A stretch of DNA of 64,000 nucleotides, taken from the NCBI GenBank assembly GCA_964016885.1, contig OZ024742.1:352470001-352534000 (forward strand). The letters run 5' to 3'. The position numbers and the translations under genes were made by a program. This document shows, piece after piece, positions 54,528-64,000 of the stretch. Each line of letters starts with the position of its first letter. Position 1 is the first letter of the stretch. The notes beneath the pieces were generated by a model. That model did no database searches and was not told where the DNA came from. It saw only the letters and a list, made by a program, of their open reading frames with translations. The DNA is from Eledone cirrhosa (taxonomy: Eukaryota).

Positions 54528-55595
54528 GCTATAATGTTTAGGACTAGGGAGGAAATCGTTTGTTGCTATACTGTTTAGGACTAGGGAGGCAATCGTTTGT
54601 TGCTATAATGTTTAGGACAAGGGAGGCAATCGTTTGTTGCTATGATGTTTAGGACTAGGGAGGCAATCGTTTGTTGCTATGATGTTTAGGACTAGGCAGG
54701 CAATCGTTTGTTGCTATAATATTTAGGACTAGGGAGGCAATCGTTTGTTGCTATGATGTTTAGGACTAGAGAGGCAATCGTTTGTTGCTATAATGTTTAG
54801 GACTAGGGAGGCAATCGTTTGTTGCTATGATGTTTAGGACTAGGCAGGCAATCGTTTGTTGCTATAATGTTTAGGACTAGGGAGGCAATCGTTTGTTGCT
54901 ATGATGTTTAGGACTAGGCAGGCAATCGTTTGTTGCTATAATGTTTAGGACTAGGGAGGCAATCGTTTCTGGCTATGATGTTTAGGACTAGGGAGGCAAT
55001 CGTTTGTTGCTGTGATGTTTAGGACTAGAGAGGCAATCGTTTGTTGCTTTGATGTTTATACTAGGGAGGCAATCGTTTGTTGCTATAATATTTAGGACTA
55101 GGGAGGCAATCGTTTGTTGCTATGATGTTTAGGACTAGAGAGGCAATCGTTTGTTGCTATGATGTTTAGGACTAGGGAGGCAATCGTTTGTTGCTATAAT
55201 ATTTAGGACTAGGGAGGCAATCGTTTGTTGCTATGATGTTTAGGACTAGAGAGGCAATCGTTTGTTGCTATGATGTTTAGGACTAGGGAGGCAATCGTTT
55301 GTCGCTATAATGTTTAGAACTAGGGAGGCAATCGTTTGTTGCTATAATGTTTAGGACTAGGGAGGCAATCGTTTGTTGCTATGATGTTTAGGACTAGGGA
55401 GGCAATCGTTTGTTGCTATAATCTTTAGGACTAGGGAGGCAATCGTTTGTTGCTATAATCTTTAGGACTAGGGAGGCAATCGTTTGTTGCTATGATGTTT
55501 AGGACTAGAGAGGCAATTGTTTGTTGCTATGATGTTTATACTAGGGAGGCAAACGTTTGTTGCTATAATGTTTAGGACTAGGGAGGCAATCGTTT
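54528..55595. repeat. 37-bp minisatellite, ~29 copies
   Basis: Unit tgtttaggactagggaggcaatcgtttgttgctat(a/g)a. Confidence 0.97.
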
Positions 55596-55873
55596 TGGTG
55601 GTGTAGTCAAAGGTACACGTGAAACAAACAGCTATATAAATGAAGGTACAATGACATCAGTACTTGTAGAGGTATACACGATCAGGATAGTTAATGTTTC
55701 GAGATTTATTCTGTTAGCGTGAGATTTTAGCGAGATGTGGTGTTTATTACAACCAGAGAAAGTTGCCTATTAATGACTTACATGCTAATTGTCATGACAA
55801 TTGTTTCTATGTTTCTCACAAGTTGTGCAAGTGGAGGAGAAGGGGAAGTTAAATCAACGCCAGTTTGTTAATA

Positions 55874-56025
55874 GGATCATTCCATTGACCCCTTAAATGG
55901 GATCATTTCATTGACTCTTAAATGGGATAATTTCATTGACCCCTTAAATGGGATCATTCCATTGACCCCTTAAATGACATCATTTCATTGACCCCTTAAA
56001 TGGGATCATTCAATTGACCCCTTAA
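55874..56025. repeat. 26-bp minisatellite, ~6 copies
   Basis: Unit ggatcattycattgaccccttaaatg. Confidence 0.92.
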
Positions 56026-56154
56026 TGATGAAGGCTAGAGCCTTATGACGGTTGGACTTGAACTCAACTCAGAATAAAATGTAAATGGATGTAACTCTGT
56101 ACCGCAAAGCACCATGTCTGATGCTCTATCGATTTTAGCAATCCACGGCTAGTT

Positions 56155-57135
56155 GTGATAATGATGATAGCGATGATGATGATGATAATGACAATGGTGG
56201 TAATGACAATAATCATTTCAACGTACTTGATTACGCTGGGGTTGATGATGATGATGATGTTAATTATTGTGTTGTTGGGAGTGATGATGATGATGATGGT
56301 GGTGTTGATGTTGTTCATGGTCATGATGATGATGATGAAAAGCAGGAGATAGTGGTGTTGGTGATGTTGGTGGTTTTGGTGGTGGTGATGTTGCTGGTGG
56401 GGGTGTTGGTGGTGTTGGTGGTGGTGGTGTTGGTGTTGGTGGTGGTGATGTTGGTGGTGTTGGTGGTTTTGGTGATGTTGGTGGTGTTGGTGGTGTTGGT
56501 GATGCTGTTGGTGGTGTTGGTGTTGGTGGTGGTGGTGGTTGTGTTGGTGGTGTTGCTGGTGGTGTTGGTGGTGGTGGCGTTTGTGGTGGTGGTGGTGGTG
56601 GTGGTGGTGGTGGTGTTGGTGGTGTTGGTGGTGTTGGTGATGGTGGTGGTGTTGGTGTGTTGGTGATGCTTTTGGTGCTGTTGGTGTTGGTGGTGGTGGT
56701 GGTGTTGGTGGTGTTGGTGGTGGTGGTGTTGATGATGGTGGCGGTGTTGGTGGTGGTGTTTGTGTTGGTGGTGTTGTTGGTGGTGGTGTTGGTGTTGGTG
56801 TTGGTGGTGTTGTTGGTGGTGGTGTTGGTGCTGGTGGTGGATGTGGTGTTGGTGATGGTTGTGATGGTGGTAGCGGTGGTGATGGTGCTTGTGGTGGGGA
56901 TGGCGGTAGTGATGTTGGTGTTGTTCTTGTTCTTGTTGGTGGTGGTGATGGGGCTGTTGATGACGATGTTGGTGTTGGTCGTATTGTTGTTGTTGGTGCT
57001 GATGGCGGTGGTGATGGCGATGGTGGTGTTGGTGGTATTACTGTTATTGTTTGTGACGATGGTGGTGGTAGTTTTGGTGTTGGTATTAGTGTAAATAGTG
57101 ATAATCTTTGTGGCTGTACTGTTGCTGATGTTGGT
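56155..57135. repeat. Degenerate (GGT/GTT/GAT)n low-complexity tract
   Basis: Direct inspection. Confidence 0.92.
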
Positions 57136-57589
57136 GTGTGCGATGACAGCATTGGCCAGAAGCAGCCATTATACGATTCACATTAATGGGAAATTAGAAA
57201 TTGTTAACAAATTAACAAGATATATGTTGGCATTACTTTCAGTGGTAGGACAGCGATAAATTCAGAGTGAATATTGTCATTAAATTTTTTAGCCTTCATA
57301 ATAGCTTTTCATTCTATTTCAGATTTATGACTATTACACATTCTTCTTTGTTCACATCGAATTGTTTCTTAGAGCAGATCTCCTATAAGATATACTAATG
57401 ATTTCTATCCCATGATTTATATTGCTTGCACACATTGAAACTACTAAATACAAGAAGATAAATTTATTGGGCATATTAATTGATATACAATTTCACATTT
57501 ACGTAGAATACTTCGGTGGTGTTTTAACCAGAATATATCTTACTAGTAATGTTCTTCAATTGTAACTTCATTACATTATATTTTGCACC

Positions 57590-57927
57590 AAAAAGTTACG
57601 ACCCTTTATGGTCTGAGTTCAAAACGCGGCCAGTTTAACTTTGCATTTCATCCTTACGGGGTCGATAAAAGAAAGTACCACTAATATACTGAGATAATTT
57701 CTGGCTTTGTGCCAAAGGTAGAAACAGTTATATTCTTCGTGGATTGGCAGTATCGGTAGAGGCTCGGACGCCATGCTTTGCAGAAAAGAGTTACGGCTTT
57801 TTATGGTCTGAGTTCAAATCCCACCGAGGTTAACTTCACCTTTCATCCTTACGGGGTCGATAAAATAAAGTACCAGTAATGCACTGTGATAATTGCTGGC
57901 ATTGTGCCATAAGTAGAAACAATTATT
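57590..57927 (+). mobile_element. Two tandem SINE family 1 copies (57590-57733 partial; 57739-57927)
   Basis: Family 1 consensus present twice. Confidence 0.9.
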
Positions 57928-58494
57928 TTACAAACCCCATTATTTTTCTTTTTTTTTTAAACCTACATTCTTTCACTATTTTGTGAGGCCGAAATAAGGA
58001 AGTGGCATTTCAATATTTATAGTTTGTAGATGTGTAAAGTCGCTTTCACAGAAACAGTTGGCTACCAATATATTGTGTGAACATTTTAATTATTTGCACT
58101 ATGTTAAGGGATAATTCACACAGGTATAGAGTAAACTAAAGGATACCTCAACCAGTTACAGACTGTTCTAGATGGTATCTCACACAGCATATACTCTACG
58201 AAATGATATTTCGCAGATAGAGACTATTCTATTCTCACTTGTATAGACTATTTTAAATAGGTATAGACTATATTAAATAGGTATAGAATATTATAAAGGA
58301 TGTCTCGGACAGGTACATAATATTTTAAAGGATATCTCTCAGATGTATATAGTATTCTAAATGATATATCAAACAGTTTAGAATATTCTTTCTCCGACGT
58401 AATTCTGAAGTTGAAAAGGAAAGAAGTAGAAAACAAACACGGATATTATTTATCGATATTTTCGTTTCTGTTCAAAGAAATTCAAACCTCGTCC

Positions 58495-58733
58495 TGCATC
58501 AAACTACATTTGCGGTTGTACACCTGGCAGTGGAGAATTATTGTGTCCTCGGCCCTAGGGCTACCTCCTTACTCACACTCATAGGCGTTGAGCTGGCCAG
58601 CCGCAGGTGTGAGCCCCGCGAGTTGGAGTGGATTTTCCAGCGCGTCTTCCTTGCCGTCCTGCGAGGAAACGCCTTATCCATTCTGTCCGCCGGAGCTGTG
58701 GGGAGGCTCCATCGCGTATCATTCTATATTTAA
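58495..58733 (+). mobile_element. 3' fragment of a CRE-like RLE non-LTR element
   Basis: LAVE...LGPRA...EPRELEWIFQRVFLAVLRGNA resembles the QRxxxAxQRGNA C-terminal motif of CRE-clade proteins; GC-rich island. Confidence 0.65.
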
Positions 58734-58945
58734 GTATGGTCAATGAAGAATATATATATTTCCTATATGATACGTATTATATCACGGAATTTAAAAGTAA
58801 TGATAAATCATGTCTCTATATTTACATAAGTTCTGAGCTAAAAAATAACGGCTCAACATTTTATGTCGGTTTTAATAGTTATGTTAAATATATTGACATC
58901 CATTGGAATATAACCTCAATCTCTATTAAGTAGACACATCATGAA

Positions 58946-59112
58946 ATAATTGTTTCTCCTTTCGGCACAAGGCCAGCAATTACCCAGTGCATTACTGGTA
59001 CTTTATTTTATCGACCCCGTAAGGATGAAAGGCAAAGTTAACCTCGGCTGGATTTGAACTCAGATTGGAAAGGGCCGTAAATCTATGCATCAAAGCATGG
59101 CGTCCGACCCTC
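58946..59112 (-). mobile_element. SINE family 1, missing its 5' start
   Basis: Reverse complement of the consensus. Confidence 0.88.
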
Positions 59113-60584
59113 ATGAAATAATACCGTGTATGAATACAAGAAAATACAACGAATATAGTTTTCTTTTAGATATGTTTTTGTACATTTCGTTGGGTCACCA
59201 TATTAGCATACAACGTTTCTTGGGCATTGTGTAAGCTTGACAGAGTCCAACCCTCTCCAAGTTTCTTGTAGAAACATAGACTTGGAACGTTGCATAAAAC
59301 ATTATACTATATGTTCTAGTATAATGCAGAGTGTACAGGCTTCTGTAGATTTCTAGATTTTACTGCATATATCTAGGATTTATGGAACGATTTTAAACCT
59401 TCTTATCATTTTATAGGTATTAAAGGCAAAGGTCGCCTTGTGTGATGTCCAAAATAGTACTGATGATAAGTGATAAGTTAGAATTAATCACCACTCTTAA
59501 TTATCACAAATATATAGAATTTGGGTTTAATGAATAAACGTCATTTCATAAGGTGACTGTGCTATAGTAATAGTCGGCGGGTCGGTCATTATAGATATAT
59601 ATTGTATAGATATAACGGGCGTGGTAAACATTCTATATATATATATATCATATAAGGTCAATGTAAATCTCGGGTAGATTCAGTGTGTGTTCAACACACA
59701 GTGTGAATATGTAACACATGGTCGTCTAATGTTAAATACAATCCACCCAGCAGACACCACGCCAGTCATTCTTGACATACTCTATAGAGTCCCAACATGC
59801 CTCCCTGGTAGTTTTCTTAAAGCACTCAAAGAATTTGTGTTGTATTTAATTACTAGTGCATTCCATGGTTCTATATCTATCATCAAATATGTAGTGTTAG
59901 TTTTCTTAGAAATCGGCATTGATCTTGAACTTATATTCATAGCTGTAAGTATTGCCTGACTGCATATAATATTGCAGATATTGCAACAATATGTAATATC
60001 TGATGATATTAGCGATTTAATGTCTTTGATCTACTATAATATCAGTTGCAATCGGAACTGAAATTTCAACGTAATGTTGCGTGAGCTAACATGTTACGAG
60101 TAGAAAGTAAACTATGGTGTATCGTTATATGATAATATTAGTTACAAACAGATTCAAAATGTTGATTCAGTAGTTATATTAATATCTATCATCATTGCCT
60201 TCCCCTTAATATGTCTGGTAGTGTTTGCAGAATTGTCTTGTGATCGCGTTCGTTTTAATTGTATATATAATGTTGTTGATATCTGAGGTCTTTGTATTTA
60301 AGATATTAAACTAGATTTTGCCTACTATACAGATTCGTCTAAATTTAATTTTATTGTGGTATAGACAGTAGTACTTACTGCTGCACACACACACACATAT
60401 ATACATACACAGGCCACATATACACATTACACAAAAACAGATACTCCAGTCACAACGTTCTATGCATCTTTGGAATTACTTAAAGTACTCGAATATTTCT
60501 CTCTCTTACCTCCCTCTCTCACTATATATATATACATACACACACACACGCACGCACACACACACAAACATACACACACACATA

Positions 60585-60632
<48 letters not shown>

Positions 60633-60675
60633 CATACATATGTATACATACATAAACACACATATACACATACAT

Positions 60676-61498
<823 letters not shown>

Positions 61499-61785
61499 TA
61501 CAAATATATACATATATGCAAATATATATATATACATATATAATAATAACAATAATAATAATAATAATAACAACACTAATAATAACGACAACAACAGCAA
61601 TAATAATTTTGCACACAAACATACCTATACACACATACACGATAGCAACTAACAGCTCTGCGATCGAATGTGGCTTTTTAGCCCAGCCAATGATCTAGAA
61701 TATATATATATATACATATATATATAAATATATACATACATTCATATATATATATATATGAATATACATATACTTTTTTCCATAG

Positions 61786-61819
<34 letters not shown>

Positions 61820-61834
61820 AGAGAGTGAATGAGC

Positions 61835-61923
<89 letters not shown>

Positions 61924-62430
61924 TGATGTTGCTTTAATAGTAATGTTACAATCGTTACAATTACGCCACAAAGTAATAATTACGTAGGTATACTCTGCGG
62001 AACAATGTGTCATTGTGCAGCTTCATACACACTATACATTGTATGTAAATCTGCCCTGGTAACATTCCACCTTCATTATTGAGGGGAGTGACTAATGTAC
62101 AATATTTCTGGAAAGAAAGTGACGCCGTTGTGTCATCGATCCTCGTCTCATGATTACACGGAACCTGTAATCAGTCAAAAGGATGGAACAGTTGGCCAGA
62201 TAGACATATTTCAGCTAAGTTACTCAGGCAATCTATTTACAATGAGTTTTGAAATCCAATTTATACTTTTCTTTGACATATTGCCAATCGAGGCTACCGA
62301 ATTGTGTCTAACCCTAATGTAAGGCTGGTGATTCTCCTCTCTAATTCCGCCAAGTTCTAGATCAGTCTAATCACCGATGGCCACACCAGCAATTGTACTA
62401 AGTTGTACTAAATGATCAAGAGCGTCCTGC

Positions 62431-62504
<74 letters not shown>

Positions 62505-62570
62505 CCGCTACGGCTGAGCGCCAATCGTTTCGACAGCTATGGACACATACACACACACAGACATATATAT

Positions 62571-62762
62571 AAGTTTAGCCCGGGCTCAATCGGGGGTAAC
62601 CACAGTAAGTATGGTACTCAATACAAAGCAGAGTATAAATAGTTGATATAGAAAATGTTATACAGGACTAGAACGGTTTAATTCGTGAGAAATCACCAGG
62701 AAGCTTCCTGATGACTTCTCACGAATGAAACACTTCTAGTCCTGTAGAAGCTTTTCTATATA
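62571..62762. mobile_element. Head-to-head fold-back element in (TA)n
   Basis: Arms ~62646-62703 / 62704-62762 centred on ggaagcttcc. Confidence 0.8.
62701..62753 (+). ncRNA. Type I hammerhead ribozyme, canonical core
   Basis: AAGCTTC-CTGATGA-C TTC tcac GAA T-GAA ACA cttctagtcc TGT A-GAAGCTT. Confidence 0.85.
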
Positions 62763-62782
62763 TTATATATATATACATATAT

Positions 62783-63116
62783 AATACAAATTCAAACAAT
62801 ATACAAAATATTCTTTCATATTTCTAGTTGAGAAACAACTGTCATCATATACATACTATATTGATATTCATAAACGTATTCACTCATAGAAAAAAAAATC
62901 AAATCAAGATTGTCTACAGTTAACTCATACGGCCGTTTCATGAGTTGCAGAATACAATGTTTATAACTGATATTCCTAATTGGGTTCAATCACCAATCAT
63001 ATATCTTATTAACAAACATTATCATGACCAAGCTCCCTTAATCAACAGTAAGATTCTAGTTGTTTCTCAACTAGATATATGAAAGATAACTTTCTGTATA
63101 TCGTTTCAATTTGTAT
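62783..63116. repeat. Inverted repeat with ~57-bp arms
   Basis: atacaaatt...ctttcatatttctagttgagaaacaact versus agttgtttctcaactagatatatgaaag...aatttgtat. Confidence 0.7.
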
Positions 63117-64000
63117 ATATTTATAAGCATTGTTAACCACTTTAGCTGTAGAATATAAAAAAATGAAATCTTTGGTTTCCAGATTCGCTGAAGTTATTTC
63201 GATATCTAAGAGATATATATTTGCAATATTCTAGCTACACATTATCTATCAATGTATTTGTTATGTGTTTCAGAGAGGGATTCTCTCTCACTTTTTAATA
63301 ATGACATAAATGATAAATTACTCTTAGATACACATAGAAACGAATGGGATCGAAGATGCTTGCGTAATTGAAAACAATTGATCGTATTTCGCTGAGGCTG
63401 CCTTGTCTGGCACTAAACAAACATATTAGGAGACGATATATATTCACCTCCCCATGTAATGTTTCTATTCTATATCAGTAATGTCCTGGCATTGGTGGTT
63501 AATACATAGGAGCATAAATCAATAGCCACTGTTTACATTATATTTTATACTTCCAATTAAATAGGTTGCATAACAATGACATTTTAATGGAGCAGATAGT
63601 ACCGGCTTAGAGTATAGTCTAATATATATCTCATGTGTAGTTTGTACTGATATTTCTTCTACACCATTTTCAAGCAAGCAGGTGATGTATTTAAACTATG
63701 CTAGCAGGAAACATGTGGAATTCTTGATCATATAATTAATATTTTCGTGGAGGAAATTTTAGATTCTATTGATTCTGTTTCCTTATAAATATATGTGAAG
63801 GAATACTTTATATTGGGAGACACTTAAGGAGTTCTAGTTATCCTATTCTGTCAAATCGTGTTATTGTTTATGCCCTTATTCTAAGAATATCCAGTTGGTT
63901 TACTCAATGATATTGCACACATAAATATGCAGTTTCCTTTTATCCAGTTTTTTTATATATTAATGCTTATGTCAATCAACACATTTTATAGTTTATGTCT

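Noticed and set aside
54528-55595. CRISPR-like 37-bp periodicity
   Set aside because: Units are contiguous with no unique spacers, there are no cas genes and the context is eukaryotic
56064-57152. 362-aa Pro/Thr/His-rich ORF resembling a mucin or extensin
   Set aside because: Translation of degenerate triplet repeats, open on both strands, no domain

Overview
Eukaryotic (metazoan), AT-rich, microsatellite-dense genomic DNA; the SINE and repeat content resembles a cephalopod (Octopus-like) genome (inference). I find no convincing host gene. The window is a dense cluster of retroelements: three families of R4/Dong-clade RLE non-LTR retrotransposons (A and B in (TAA)n tracts, including a ~10 kb head-to-tail array at 27.7-38.1 kb; C in a (CATA)n tract), two L1/Tx1-clade elements on the minus strand, a 5'-truncated Penelope-like GIY-YIG element, a CRE-like fragment, a 950-bp non-autonomous Helitron, two tRNA-derived SINE families and several minisatellites. 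The main signal not visible in the ORF track is at least five sequence families of type I hammerhead ribozymes (HHR) embedded in (TA)n tracts. They occur as a tandem ~450-500 bp retrozyme-like array and as head-to-head fold-back elements, some with non-canonical cores (U3-A8, U4A, pyrimidine mismatch at the base of stem II). All folds were derived by eye; coordinates of degenerate repeats are approximate.
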